Numbered from the stretch's first letter, positions 35,442 to 46,900 are shown. The stretch: 64,000 bases of DNA from a virus (IMGVR_UViG_3300031994_000064:1-64000); one strand, 5' to 3'. The notes: generated from the sequence alone by a model not told the origin. Translations and numbers: made by a program.

Positions 35442-35840
35442 TTAAAAAACCATGATGTTAAGCTCTACGATGTTGTAGTGCCAGTTTCTTTTGGTATCGT
35501 AGTCGGTGTAGGTCGCTCTTCTTGAGATTTGGTAGTGCGGGTTGTTGGCGTTTCTGATGATTTCGTTCAGACGCTGCTCCAACTGGCTCATCTTCGGAAC
35601 GTTCTTGCTGCCGTCGGTGTTCGGTCTTGCGTACAAGAGTATCATTACCGTGCCGCTCGCCCTTGCATCCTCGTCAACAATGCTGCTGCCGCAGTCTATA
35701 AGGCACATTTCCTGCCACGTGTCCTTGATGGTTTCGGGCAGCGTGCCTACAAAAGTCTGCTGCGTCAGCGTTCCGTAAAGTTCGCCGTAAAGATAGCTTT
35801 CTATCTTCGATATGTTGAATTTGTCGTCTGCTACATTCAT
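35442..35840 (-). CDS. Tail terminator-like protein
   Basis: 132 aa immediately upstream of the tube gene; synteny. Confidence 0.55.
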   Translation of the reverse strand: MNVADDKFNISKIESYLYGELYGTLTQQTFVGTLPETIKDTWQEMCLIDCGSSIVDEDARASGTVMILLYARPNTDGSKNVPKMSQLEQRLNEIIRNANNPHYQISRRATYTDYDTKRNWHYNIVELNIMVF

Positions 35841-35842
35841 AG

Positions 35843-36460
35843 TTAATAAGTTGTCGTTCCTACTTCAATTCCTATCATTTTGATTGCGCTTTTGCCCTTA
35901 CCGAGATAACTGTTGACAGCATCTTCAATAAGGTTGATTGTACGATAGCGCATATTGCCCCTTTTAAACCAAGCGTAAGGCATACCAACCGTAAGCACAA
36001 TTTCGTAGCCTTTCTTTACTTTCAGTATTTTCTTGGCTTCTCTTGCAGCGTAAACAGCATAGTCTCTGCCCGTTTTTCTCGCCATGTTTTGATTCACGGC
36101 GTATTTCCAAGGTCTGTCGCCTTTGCCGTTTAAATCAAAGCCGTAAACGGGGTTTTTCTTGACAAACGGGTTGCCGTATAAAGCTCTGTTTTTAGAGCCG
36201 TGCTTTGTGCTTGTCACAAAATGCGCACCGTCAGTCTCAACACCGAGAACCTTTCCGTTGTAGAACAAGATTCCGACCACGCTTGCCGCATAGTTCCACG
36301 TTCGGTATTTCATGAACCTGCTGCCCATGAACTGTGCATAGTCAACAGCTTCAATCAATCTTCTCAACCATAGCGATTCGGTTTGTCGCAGCCGTCTTTC
36401 GGCGGTGTCAACAACCGCGTTCATCACGTTCTCACGCCATTGTGAAATTTTGAACCCCAT
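35843..36460 (-). CDS. Tail completion / neck protein (putative)
   Basis: Basic 205-aa ORF in the neck cluster; synteny only. Confidence 0.45.
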   Translation of the reverse strand: MGFKISQWRENVMNAVVDTAERRLRQTESLWLRRLIEAVDYAQFMGSRFMKYRTWNYAASVVGILFYNGKVLGVETDGAHFVTSTKHGSKNRALYGNPFVKKNPVYGFDLNGKGDRPWKYAVNQNMARKTGRDYAVYAAREAKKILKVKKGYEIVLTVGMPYAWFKRGNMRYRTINLIEDAVNSYLGKGKSAIKMIGIEVGTTTY

Positions 36461-36462
36461 CG

Positions 36463-36813
36463 CTACACGTCGTTAGCCTGCACGTAGGCGACAAAACCGC
36501 CGAGCTGCGAGGGGAAAACCCCCTCTACCTTGCCCTCTATCAGCAAACCGTACATGTTGGCGCGAAACATCACACCTCGGTTCACCTCTATCGGATTCAC
36601 CGACTCCTTGTCGAAAGGGACGAAAATGGAGTACACCGCCTTGATGAACTCACCAACCCTCGAATGGCTTGCCTCGGTGATGTCGCATTTCGTCTCCAAC
36701 AAAACAACCTCACTCTCAACCTGCAACTCAAGAGGCAAGCTCTTGTCTATTTCTGACGTGTAAAAAACCCCATCAAACGGGTACTCCTGTATTTCGTCTC
36801 TGTCTATGTGCAT
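36463..36813 (-). CDS. Head-tail joining (stopper-like) protein (putative)
   Basis: 116-aa beta-rich ORF; synteny. Confidence 0.5.
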   Translation of the reverse strand: MHIDRDEIQEYPFDGVFYTSEIDKSLPLELQVESEVVLLETKCDITEASHSRVGEFIKAVYSIFVPFDKESVNPIEVNRGVMFRANMYGLLIEGKVEGVFPSQLGGFVAYVQANDV

Positions 36814-36832
36814 CGTACTATTTATTCAAAAA

Positions 36833-37201
36833 CTAAAAGAACTTTCCTTCGTCAATCCACTTGACACGACCAGCGATACCGTCAAGCAACTCGTCTTCAC
36901 CATAGCGTCTGTATATGCCCATGAATATCTGATACAACTCATCGCGGTTGATGGTCTGCGACCCGACAGTTTTCGAGTAAGAGCCGTGCTGGTGCGTGTG
37001 GTTAGCCATCATGTTCGGCGAACAATACGCGGTGTACAGCAAGTCAGCCAACAACAAATCCTTGTCGCGCTGCGTAAGAGAATCGTATGACGTGACCTCG
37101 GACACGCCTCTGTCAAGGGCTATGCGCTCGATGACGGTCTTGTCGAACACGAATCCCGTCAACCCCTCGATGTACTTGTATATGTCAAATTCATCAGCCA
37201 T
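36833..37201 (-). CDS. Head-tail adaptor/connector protein (putative)
   Basis: 122-aa helical ORF directly after the capsid gene. Confidence 0.55.
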   Translation of the reverse strand: MADEFDIYKYIEGLTGFVFDKTVIERIALDRGVSEVTSYDSLTQRDKDLLLADLLYTAYCSPNMMANHTHQHGSYSKTVGSQTINRDELYQIFMGIYRRYGEDELLDGIAGRVKWIDEGKFF

Positions 37202-37212
37202 GATTCAGACGT

Positions 37213-38391
37213 TTAGAAAGTGGTTGAAGACGTTTGCGTGGTGTCGATGATGTAATGGTACAGGAACTTGTCAAGCACCGGAATTGCGCTCATCATCAAG
37301 TCGCTGTGCCACTCTTTGAGGTTGCCGTTGGCGATGACAGAGTTCATCACAAGGGCGAGTCCGTTCAACGCGCTGGAGAATGTTCTGTCAATCAGCTTGT
37401 TGCCGTATTTCTTGTAGATTTCCTCGTCAAGAATGTTGGTTCTCAACACTTGACCGGCTTTGCCGACAGGACGCAGAACGGCGGTGTTGTCGTTCCAACC
37501 GTGAACAGTCTGACCGGCGAAAGAGTCGTACTGGCTCTCTTCTACAATCACGATTTCGGGCATGTCGTCGCCGAAATTGTACTGACGGATGGCGTTCAAA
37601 GCCATTTCGGTGTTGGCTTGGAAGACCTGCGGCAGAAGCACGTTGTTGAGGCTGTTGTAGTAACGGATAACCTCAAGCACCTGCGCGTTCTTGAGCCAGT
37701 TGTTGAGCCACTGGTTGCGGGTGATTTCAAGCTGCATCTTAATTTCCATGCCGAGATGTTCGCGCACATCGGCGTAAATCTTGCGCACTTGGTCGAGAAT
37801 CTTGCAGTTCGTGGTGTCAGACCAAACGACAGCACCGGCTTTCAAGAAGTTCTCGGTTGGGATGTTAGCCTTGTACAGAGGGGAGCGGACACCATGCTCG
37901 TAGTTCCAAAGCACTTGACCCGTTGAAATGGCTTGAGCAGCCATGTTGGAAAGGGTCTGGTTTGCTTGGTCGAGAGCGGGTTGCAGCCACTCGGTGACGT
38001 AGGCTTTGATGAGGTCGCTGTCCTCGAACTGCGAGAACAGTTTTTCGCGCTGGTCTCTCTCCATGGCGGTTTCCACATAACCCTTGGCGATGAAATCGGG
38101 AATCGTGCCCGTATAGTAAGCCAAGTTACCCTTTTCTTGAGGGATGGAATCACCGAGAGGTCCGCGCATATCCATCATGCCGCCGCTTTCGACTTTCGTC
38201 ATTTCCTGCACGAAGGTTGCTCTGCCCTTTGGGTTTGTCGGGATGATGGAAGAAGACACCGTGAACTTCTGTCTCCAGAAGCCGTGGTTGGCGTGTACAA
38301 GGTTGGGGTCTTGAAGGATGGTAGAGGTAATCAGCTTGCCTTCCTTGCTGTCCCATAATTTTGCAAATAACGTATTTTCAAATTTAGCCAT
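37213..38391 (-). CDS. Major capsid protein (392 aa)
   Basis: Size, strong C-ending codon bias, position after scaffold and decoration genes; lambda gpE-like order. Confidence 0.8.
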   Translation of the reverse strand: MAKFENTLFAKLWDSKEGKLITSTILQDPNLVHANHGFWRQKFTVSSSIIPTNPKGRATFVQEMTKVESGGMMDMRGPLGDSIPQEKGNLAYYTGTIPDFIAKGYVETAMERDQREKLFSQFEDSDLIKAYVTEWLQPALDQANQTLSNMAAQAISTGQVLWNYEHGVRSPLYKANIPTENFLKAGAVVWSDTTNCKILDQVRKIYADVREHLGMEIKMQLEITRNQWLNNWLKNAQVLEVIRYYNSLNNVLLPQVFQANTEMALNAIRQYNFGDDMPEIVIVEESQYDSFAGQTVHGWNDNTAVLRPVGKAGQVLRTNILDEEIYKKYGNKLIDRTFSSALNGLALVMNSVIANGNLKEWHSDLMMSAIPVLDKFLYHYIIDTTQTSSTTF

Positions 38392-38411
38392 ATCTTACTC
38401 CTTTCTTGTTT

Positions 38412-39233
38412 TTATGCTTCAAGTGTGTCAATTCTTGCCTCGTGGTCTGCGGTGGTGACGGCAACCTTGTTCAAGAAATCAACCTTGAACCATCCGTTCA
38501 CGTTGGCGAGGTTGAGGTCAAGCACACATTGCGGCATAGGTGACATTTTGTGAATGTACATCAGACCGCCAAGAGCGGGGGTATAGATGTATCTTGCAGA
38601 ATCGTAGTCCATGCTCGTGACAGCCTTGACGGTGTTCTTGCCGGTGTCTATGACGGGGTAGTCGAAGAAATCGCAGTCGCAATCGACAACGGAGTTGACG
38701 GTTTCGACAAGCATCTTCTTGCTTGCACCCGCTTCGGTGGCTTCGACAAGAATCGTGCCCTTGCTGATAGAAGAGGCGATGTTCGCGCTCACGGTCAAAG
38801 CCCACACTGGGTAGTCAACGCTGCTGACGGTGGCTGTCGTCTCGGTGATTGCGGTCACGGTGACACCCGTGCCGGTTCCGCCCATGACGGCGGGGGCAAC
38901 CATGAGGATGTCTCCTACAAACGGCTTGTGATGATAGCCGTCACGAAGGATGTTGATGGTGGTGGTGGCTGCGCTTACAGCCTCGTAGGTCTTCAGAATG
39001 TAGATTTCGGGGCGAACGCCTTGGGCGTTGGTCTTGTACCAGCAAAGGTCGCCTGCGAACATCTTGGCAGGGCCTTTGAAGGGGTTCATAATCATGCCGC
39101 CGAACGTGGGGTAAACAAGTTCGTTCTTGATACCCTGCAATTTGACGAACACGTTTCTTGAACCGCCTACTTCGCCTCTCTTTTGGATAAGCTCTCGACC
39201 TCTGAATGTTCCGACTTCGTTTTCGTAAATCAT
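38412..39233 (-). CDS. Head decoration / cement-like protein
   Basis: Between scaffold and capsid genes; Thr/Val-rich insert; C-terminal DHEARIDTLEA. Confidence 0.55.
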   Translation of the reverse strand: MIYENEVGTFRGRELIQKRGEVGGSRNVFVKLQGIKNELVYPTFGGMIMNPFKGPAKMFAGDLCWYKTNAQGVRPEIYILKTYEAVSAATTTINILRDGYHHKPFVGDILMVAPAVMGGTGTGVTVTAITETTATVSSVDYPVWALTVSANIASSISKGTILVEATEAGASKKMLVETVNSVVDCDCDFFDYPVIDTGKNTVKAVTSMDYDSARYIYTPALGGLMYIHKMSPMPQCVLDLNLANVNGWFKVDFLNKVAVTTADHEARIDTLEA

Positions 39234-39273
39234 AATGTAAAGGTTTTAATGTTAATAAAAAGTTAGTTCATCT

Positions 39274-39957
39274 CTACTCGCCTTGTTCGGCTTTCAAGGC
39301 TTCTCCTGCGGCTTTGATGGTTTCCTTGATTTTTTCAAGGTGGCTTGCCGAGCCTGCGCCGCGAGGTGTCAAGTCGTCGTCTTCGGGCATTTCCGAGAAG
39401 AACTCGTTGTACATCTCAAGGTAGCTTTCGGCTTCCGCTTCGATGTCGGTGTTCTCGTCAATCTTCGCCTTGTCGAGCATTGATTTCACCCATTTGTCGT
39501 TCTTGACACCTTTCTTCTTGATTTCGGCGGCAAGCTGTTCGCGTTTCTGACCAATGGTCTTTTTCGTTTCTTCGGCTTGCTTTTCGTCCTCAAGCTTTTT
39601 CAAGCGTTCTTCCAACTTGGCGATGGTCTCGTCTTTCTTGCCGTCATCGTTGCCGACCTCGTCTTTTTTTTTCTTTTTCGCAGGCTCTTCGATTTGCTTT
39701 TTCAGCTCCTCGATTTGCTTGTTAAAATTCTCGGCGAGGGTCGAATTGGCTTTGTTAATGTGACCTTTCTGCGTTTCAAGCATTTTAACGGCTTTTTCCG
39801 CAAAAGCGTCAAGTTCGATTTCGCTGTCTTCACCAACAAGTTCGCATAGGGTCTCTACGTGTTCCTTGATGGTTCGTTCCCAATCGGCGATTTTTTCTAC
39901 CTTTTTTGAGAACATTGCCGTGATTTTTTCACGGGCTTCCTCTTTTGTGAATTTCAC
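39274..39957 (-). CDS. Capsid scaffolding protein (putative)
   Basis: Highly charged coiled-coil protein heading the head operon; GTG start. Confidence 0.65.
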   Translation of the reverse strand: MKFTKEEAREKITAMFSKKVEKIADWERTIKEHVETLCELVGEDSEIELDAFAEKAVKMLETQKGHINKANSTLAENFNKQIEELKKQIEEPAKKKKKDEVGNDDGKKDETIAKLEERLKKLEDEKQAEETKKTIGQKREQLAAEIKKKGVKNDKWVKSMLDKAKIDENTDIEAEAESYLEMYNEFFSEMPEDDDLTPRGAGSASHLEKIKETIKAAGEALKAEQGE

Positions 39958-39979
39958 GTTGTTCTATTTTTTTTAAGTT

Positions 39980-40055
39980 AAATAGATTGACGCTTCATCG
40001 TATCAACCAATGTTGACTACTCCACGTCCTCTACCCCTACCACGTAGGGTGATTT
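39980..40055 (-). mobile_element. Orphan copy C of the TnpB right-end/omegaRNA 3' module
   Basis: 68/76 identical to 25245-25320, with compensatory changes in hairpin 2. Confidence 0.85.
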
Positions 40056-40112
40056 AAGTTAGTTTATGTTTTTATCTTTTTTCAATTTCCTGTTCGTTTT
40101 GGATTAACGCGG

Positions 40113-40189
40113 CAAAAATAACAATTATTTTGTATTTTTTTATTATTCGGAGGGAAAAATCGTCCTATGACGTTTTTTTTGTATTTTTG
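40113..40189. promoter_or_regulatory. Divergent sigma promoter pair (head/tail operon leftward, terminase/portal operon rightward)
   Basis: TATTTTTG at 40113-40120 (minus) and 40182-40189 (plus). Confidence 0.7.
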
Positions 40190-40208
40190 CGGCTGTAAAT
40201 AATACCGA

Positions 40209-41813
40209 ATGTCCGAGATAAAAATCATACGACCGCAAGCTGGATTTCAGGAGAAGTTCTGCCGTACCAATGTGGATTTCTGCATTGGCGGCGGCTTATT
40301 GAACTCTGGCAAGTCGTATGCTTCCGTTTTGGCTTGCGCACAAGCGGTTTCAGACCCGAATTTCCGCGCTTTGTACTTGCGTAACAACCTCGGCGACTTG
40401 AAGGCAGGCGGCGGTATCGCCGATACGTTCAGAGAGATTTTCGGCGAAAGCATAAAGATTGTCGAGTCCGGCGACCCGCACATCAATTTCCCAAGCGGGG
40501 CGGTCATAGACCTCACGCACGTCGCCAACCAAAGCAGAGAAGCAATACGACAGCGTTTCAAAGGACGTCAGTACGATTTGATTGTGTTCGACGAAGGAAC
40601 GGGTTACACTTGGGAATGTCTTACCGAGATTATGACACGTAACCGTGGCAAGGGAAGCTGGACGGGTCACGTGCTTATGACCACCAACCCCGAAAAAGAC
40701 CATTGGATTCGCACGTTCATAGACTGGTACATCGGCGAAGACGGCTACATCAGAGAAGACCGAAACGGTGTGGTGCGCTATTTCTACATCAACGGCGAAA
40801 CCGTCAACGATGTTGTGTGGGGCGACACGAAAGAGGATGTATTCAACAAGTGCCGTGTCGAAATATCGCAGCGTCTGCGCAAAATGAACGGCAAGAAAGA
40901 GATTTTCAAGTGGCAAGACCTCATAAAGTCTTTCACATTCTATCTTGGCAGTATGTCCGAGAACGTAGCGTCCATCAGCGGCAATAGCGGTTATGCGGCA
41001 TCAGTGGCGATGGTCGGCGGTCGTGCCGCCCAGCAATACCTTGAGGGCAACTGGAACGTCAGCACCAAAGGCGACCTAAACTCACCGATACCGCAGGCAC
41101 TCGCAGAATCCGTGTTTGACAACGACCCAATGACCAACGGCGACCGATGGATTACCGCAGACCTCGCCGATACTGGGACAGACAACTTCATTGCGCTTGT
41201 ATGGGACGGCTTTCACGTCTTTGACATGGTTGTAGCAGGAAGAACAACGCCAAGAGAAAATGCGGATATTCTCAAAAACCTGTGCAGCAAACACAAGATA
41301 CCAGAAACAAATGTGATTTTCGACGCGACTGGAGGCGTTTATCTGAAAGACTACATGCCTACCGCGATTGCATATTACTCTAACGCTTCTCCGATGGGCG
41401 TGTACATGAACCGCTATATGAAGCTGAAAGACGAATGCTACGGGCGTTTGTGCACTCTGATAAAAGAACACAGCATTTCTTTCTCCGAAGACCTCGCCAA
41501 CAAGATATACTCGCATCCGCTTTTGAGCGACAAGATAACCATCAAGGAAGAGTTCAAAGAGGAATGCGCGTGCGTGAAGTTCAAGGACGACACCGGCATA
41601 CGCAGGTCGCTGATTACGAAACGAGAGATGAGAAAGCTGCTCGGCAAGTTCCGTTCGCCCGACTTGTTAGACCCTTGCGCGATGCGGATGATGCCCATAT
41701 TGAGATACGCGAACGGCGAGGAACTGATAAAGACAAGCGCGTACCGAAAAGACGATGAAGATGAAATGGATGGACTTACTGTCAACGTGTTCGACGATAC
41801 AACTTGGTGTTAA
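40209..41813 (+). CDS. terL: Terminase large subunit
   Basis: RPQAGFQ adenine-binding motif, Walker A GGGLLNSGKS, Walker B LIVFDEG, coupling motif TTNP, nuclease DLADTGTD ... SPDLLD. Confidence 0.92.
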   Translation: MSEIKIIRPQAGFQEKFCRTNVDFCIGGGLLNSGKSYASVLACAQAVSDPNFRALYLRNNLGDLKAGGGIADTFREIFGESIKIVESGDPHINFPSGAVIDLTHVANQSREAIRQRFKGRQYDLIVFDEGTGYTWECLTEIMTRNRGKGSWTGHVLMTTNPEKDHWIRTFIDWYIGEDGYIREDRNGVVRYFYINGETVNDVVWGDTKEDVFNKCRVEISQRLRKMNGKKEIFKWQDLIKSFTFYLGSMSENVASISGNSGYAASVAMVGGRAAQQYLEGNWNVSTKGDLNSPIPQALAESVFDNDPMTNGDRWITADLADTGTDNFIALVWDGFHVFDMVVAGRTTPRENADILKNLCSKHKIPETNVIFDATGGVYLKDYMPTAIAYYSNASPMGVYMNRYMKLKDECYGRLCTLIKEHSISFSEDLANKIYSHPLLSDKITIKEEFKEECACVKFKDDTGIRRSLITKREMRKLLGKFRSPDLLDPCAMRMMPILRYANGEELIKTSAYRKDDEDEMDGLTVNVFDDTTWC

Positions 41814-41830
41814 ACATATATTTAACCACA

Positions 41831-42355
41831 ATGATAAGCAAATCGAAACTTAAAAAGATAATCGAAGATGCAGAGAGAAAAGGTTACAAACTGAAAGTCA
41901 GAGATGTGGCTTACGCTTACCTTTGCACACATTTCGAGGACAGCGCGATAGCGTACAAGGTCGTTTACGGCGAAGACGTGCTTGACACGGCTGCTTTTGA
42001 CGCGAAGCCAGCAATCGCGTACATCAAAGACCAAATCAAATACTCGCTTGTCACGGATGCCTCTGAAAGTGCCGACAAAATGTCTTTTGATGAAAACAAG
42101 AAAGAGATGATTAAGCTCATCAAAAGAACAGAAAAAGGCATGGAAGAAGGCAGAATTGACGAAGATAAAGGTCTTAACATAATAAAAGACATCCGTGTGA
42201 AACTGAACGACAAGTTCAACGTAAGCGACAAGTCGAAGAGCGGAATCGTAATAGTAGAGCCGAAGTTTTCAAAAATCTGCGAGTGTGGCAGGGAAATATA
42301 CGTACCGAGCAAACAAGAGTTGATGGCGCAATACGGGCTGGTTGAAAAAGAATAA
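41831..42355 (+). CDS. Hypothetical protein between terminase and portal (possible small terminase)
   Basis: Internal ATG (MISKSK); position only. Confidence 0.55.
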   Translation: MISKSKLKKIIEDAERKGYKLKVRDVAYAYLCTHFEDSAIAYKVVYGEDVLDTAAFDAKPAIAYIKDQIKYSLVTDASESADKMSFDENKKEMIKLIKRTEKGMEEGRIDEDKGLNIIKDIRVKLNDKFNVSDKSKSGIVIVEPKFSKICECGREIYVPSKQELMAQYGLVEKE

Positions 42356-42385
42356 CGTACAATAATATAATATATACTATATACT

Positions 42386-43915
42386 ATGGGTTACGAAGAA
42401 ATGAAAAAAGAGCTTTTGGCAAGTCCCGAAAAGCTCATGCAGAAAAAGCCGTTTTACAGAGAGGTTTACGAAACGAAGGGTGTGGCGAACTGCGGCTTTC
42501 TCTCTGAACAATATATAAACGAGACGATAACCGCAGAGCCTACGTCGCTGAAGGTCACCCCCGTCTCGCAGGACAGGTTCTTGATGGAACTCAACCCAGA
42601 CTCTCACGATGTCTTGTTTGACGAGAACATCCCGTCAATCACGATGAAGCTGAAAAACGGCGGTTGGGCTGACTTGAAATTCAAAAGGGTGGCTGTGCCT
42701 TTCCAACGCCTCATCAAGAACAAGCAAGTGCTTCACGCGACCGGCAATCCGCTGAACCACACACTGCTGATTGAAAACCCGACAGAAACGCAATCCGACA
42801 GCTTCATTCTTGTAAAGCAGTATTGGAAGATGCGCAACCAAGACGGAATGTTCAAGAAGATGGTCGAAACGCAGAAGTCGATGGGCGATGTGGGGTTGCT
42901 CTACTATTACGACTACAAAGGTCAAATCAAGTGCCGTGTGCTTTCGTACAAAGACGGCTACGCGATATGCACACACCGAGACAACAACGGCGATGTGATA
43001 CTTGAAAGCGTTGTGTACGAAAAAGACAACGTGAAATACATAGACAGTTACGATGACCTGTATATGTACCGCTACAAGAACGACACGAACGTCACAAAGT
43101 CCGAAGAAGACGGATGGGTGCTTGAAAAGCGAGTAAGGCACGGCTTTGACGAAATACCGCTCATCTCAAAACGCGGAGAGGTCGCTTGGAACGCCGTGCA
43201 AAGCGCGATTGACGTTTACGAGGTCATCTACAACGTGTTTCTCGCCATTCAGAAAAAACACGGCTGGGGCGTTCTCTACATCAAGGGCAACTTTGACGAG
43301 AACGGCAAGAAACTCGCGGGAAACATCATTCTGAACGACAACAGCATAGACGGAAAAGGCGATGCCAAGTTCTTGACACCGCCATCTCCAGAACATATCA
43401 TAGAGACCTTGCAAAGCATCGAGGACAACATTCAGAAAGGTGCTGGCACGACGTTCATTCTGCCGAAAGACATCAGATTGAGCGGCGACATCAGCGGCAT
43501 AGCAATCGCACTCACAATGTCTCTTGACATCGAGACCGCGGAGCAAGACAGAATAGACTGGCAGAACGTGACGTGCAAGATGATGCGTCTGTTCAAGTTC
43601 GGTCTTGCCAAGGAGTTGTACAACAAAGACAAGAAGAAATACAAAAGCGTCATTTCCGATTTCGAGGACATCGACATCTACTCTGAAATCAAGGTTTGGA
43701 GACCGATGAATGAATACGAATACAACCAGATGATTCAGATGATGACCCAAGGCGGTGTGCTTTCGTTCGAGACCGGCACTGAACTCTGCACATTGAGCAA
43801 ACCCGATGAAAAGGCACGGCTTGCAAGAGAAGAAAAAGCAGAAGAAGAGAAAGAGCAGCGCAAAGAAGAACGTGAGTTTCAAGTAAAAGGTTTTACAAAC
43901 CCACAAAACGAATAG
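42386..43915 (+). CDS. Portal protein (SPP1 gp6-like)
   Basis: About 500 aa after terminase; KSMGDVGLLYY, helical wing pattern, SGDISGIAI. Confidence 0.8.
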   Translation: MGYEEMKKELLASPEKLMQKKPFYREVYETKGVANCGFLSEQYINETITAEPTSLKVTPVSQDRFLMELNPDSHDVLFDENIPSITMKLKNGGWADLKFKRVAVPFQRLIKNKQVLHATGNPLNHTLLIENPTETQSDSFILVKQYWKMRNQDGMFKKMVETQKSMGDVGLLYYYDYKGQIKCRVLSYKDGYAICTHRDNNGDVILESVVYEKDNVKYIDSYDDLYMYRYKNDTNVTKSEEDGWVLEKRVRHGFDEIPLISKRGEVAWNAVQSAIDVYEVIYNVFLAIQKKHGWGVLYIKGNFDENGKKLAGNIILNDNSIDGKGDAKFLTPPSPEHIIETLQSIEDNIQKGAGTTFILPKDIRLSGDISGIAIALTMSLDIETAEQDRIDWQNVTCKMMRLFKFGLAKELYNKDKKKYKSVISDFEDIDIYSEIKVWRPMNEYEYNQMIQMMTQGGVLSFETGTELCTLSKPDEKARLAREEKAEEEKEQRKEEREFQVKGFTNPQNE

Positions 43916-43918
43916 TGT

Positions 43919-46900
43919 ATGGAAAAGGTGTTGCGATTATACGAGATACCCGATGTCGAGAACATAGTTACCGTTCTCGGCTCTGGGGATTCTCTGCCAG
44001 AAAGCGGGTTTTCGGAAAACGACTTGTTCATAAATCTTAACACCGACGGCTTGTACAAAGCGGTTGAAAACCAATCGCAACAGCTGCAATGGGTGCAGAT
44101 TCAGTTTGACGAAACAAAATACTACCGCGACAAGTCTGCGGAAACACCGCTGTTTTTCAATTTCAGCCAGCAATACGGGTTGAATGAATACGATGTTTCG
44201 TTCCCTCAAAACGCCGAAAGAGCCGCTGAAATCACGTCTTTCACATACAGCGCGACAAGAATGGGCAACGCGCCCACAATATCGGGAACGCTCATGTACC
44301 GCCAATGCCTTGACGAGCTTTGGACTGACCGCGTGTGCGTTTTTTTCAACAAAAAGTTCTATTTCATAGACAAGATACCGACAAGCGAGTACAACAACAC
44401 CGATGAGCGGTACAAACACTCTTGCGAGTTCGTGAGCGAGAACAAGCTGCTTGAAAACGTATATTTCACAAACGTGGTTGATGTAGAGCATTCAGGCGAA
44501 GACGAGGCGATGCTACCGATGCAATGGCTTGATTTCACGTTTTTCGGCGGTATAAGCGAGTTTGTTTCACGTTTGAACCTTTCTCTTGAATACAGCGGTC
44601 TTGACGCACAACACGTCGGGTTCAGAGTCGTGAAAGACTATCTTGAACCAGTAGAGGAAAAACTGATTACAATATCTGAAACAACGCTCAAAGCGGCTCT
44701 TGACTTGATTTACGAAACGTGGGAGATTCCTTATTGGTTTGACGGTTACACAATACACATCGGTTACTCAAACGAGCAGCAGATGCAGCAAGCTGGCATA
44801 ACGATGCCAACATTCCAATACGGGGCGGTGCAAAGCCTTCTTTCTTTGCAGAAAAGCCAAAGCAACGACATTGTGAACAGAATAACGGGTTTTGGCTCGG
44901 AAGAAAACATACCGACATTCTATCCAAACAAAAACCCGAACGCCATAGAGTTGCAATACCAGCGCAACCAAACGCTGATGGTGGATTATGCAAAGATAGT
45001 GAACCCGTACAAGACTGTGAAACTCAAACCTTCCGAATCGGTACACCAAGGCGTGCCAAGCGGCTCGTATTTCAAGTACATGCCGATAACAAAGACGTAC
45101 AACTATGACCAGTTCATGTCGGTGAACACTCATGCAAAACCTAAAGTGGTTGATGAAGACGGCGATCCATCTCTTGTTTTGACGGCAATAGAAGACTACA
45201 ACTGCCAAAGCAGGTATTTTGTGCAAGGACACGGAGGAACGCCCTCTATTATAGGGCATTCAAACGCCCACCCCGAATACAACATCATATGCAAAAGAAT
45301 ATGGGTGTGGCTTCGCGAGGGCACTTTTGAAAGCTTGTCGATAAAAGACGAGATGGACGCAGTTGAAATGTTCAAAAAAAGCGGTGCTTCGCAAGTTCTT
45401 TTCTATGACACGAACGCGCCGAAATTCTTTGTCAAAGCGCAGTCGTACACTTACACAAGAGAGCAGTACGAAACGGTAATAGGCAACAACCAAGGGTTCA
45501 ATCAAAATTCATCGGCAAACCTAATAGACAAATATTTCACTTTGCGCACAGAGAGCAACGATGTCGTTTATGTATGGGATGACGGAACAGAGACGGACAC
45601 TTACAACGAGGTGTTCCCGATAGACATTCAGAGTTTTCCCGCAGGCACAACTTGTCTGTCTTTCACGGTAGGATTGATGGCGAAATACAACGATGCCACA
45701 GCACCTACGTCTTACGTGCAGACACAGTTCAAGACAAAAACGCAGACCGTTATAACGCACACTCTTTTATCTACGCCGGACTGGTCTTTGAACGCCGACG
45801 GTAACGTCGCTCATCTTTGGCGGTATGGCATACGCCTGAACAGCGATGTGACACCTCTTGAAAACGACATCATCTATTTCACGAAAGAAACTGGTGCTTT
45901 GCCTTATTATTGCGGAATGCTCATGCCTTATTCTTTCAGACTGACAAACGACATTTGGATTAATGCAAAAAACAACGAATATCTGAAAGAAAACGGCACT
46001 GATTATTACTCTTTTGAAAATCTTTACAAGATTTCGTGCGCAAAAGAACACGTTGAGAATTTCGACGACATCAAGCCTACGATAAAAGGCATGATGAACA
46101 ACGACACGCCATCGAAACGCATAGACCAAATAATTGATGTTGCCTTCGACCAAGACGACAACAACGACTTGCAAGAAAACGGCACTGATTACCAACACCC
46201 GTATTTCTTTGTCAAGCTTGCCAAGACAAGCCTTGATGACGGCTACGGCTTCAACTTGTTCGACTGCGCCATAGACGGCGACACGATGAAACTTAACATG
46301 GCTGACGGCAACTGCGGCGGATGCACGTTTGAAGTCATGGTTGACTACAACGACGGCGTTGCTGTAAACCCGATAGGTGTGTTTACCGAAGCGAAAACGA
46401 TAAACGGAGTGACCTACGCTGCCGGCACGCCATACCGAAACGCAAACGGTGATGTGATGACAAGCAATGCGCCGAACACAAGCGGTCAGCAAGACACATC
46501 GGCCGCAGAGGTGTGGATTGCGTTGAGAAAAGACAACGAGACTTTCGGCAGCTACGCAAACGGTGCGGAAGTCGTGCTTCCAGACAGCAAACGCGGGGAG
46601 AATTTCATACCGCAAGAGGGTGACAGCTTTACAATCATCAACATTTGTCTGCCTTACGCTTACATTATCGCGGCTGAACAACGGCTTTATTATGCGATTC
46701 TCGACTATATGGAGAGAAACAACCCCCGCACTTGGTCTTTTTCTGTCAAATTCTCGTCAATCTACTACAAAAAACACTACGAGTTCATGGACAAATGGCT
46801 CAACGAATCATCTCAATTGCCTTTTGTCTATAACGACATTGAAAGAAAATACTTTGTGCAGTCGTACTCGTACAAGATGAGCAACAACTCGGCACTGCCG

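Noticed and set aside
37234-39161. Long plus-strand ORFs opposite the capsid and decoration genes (and 10704-11795 opposite the SMC-like gene)
   Set aside because: They are antisense shadows caused by strong codon bias in the real genes; no leaders or motifs.
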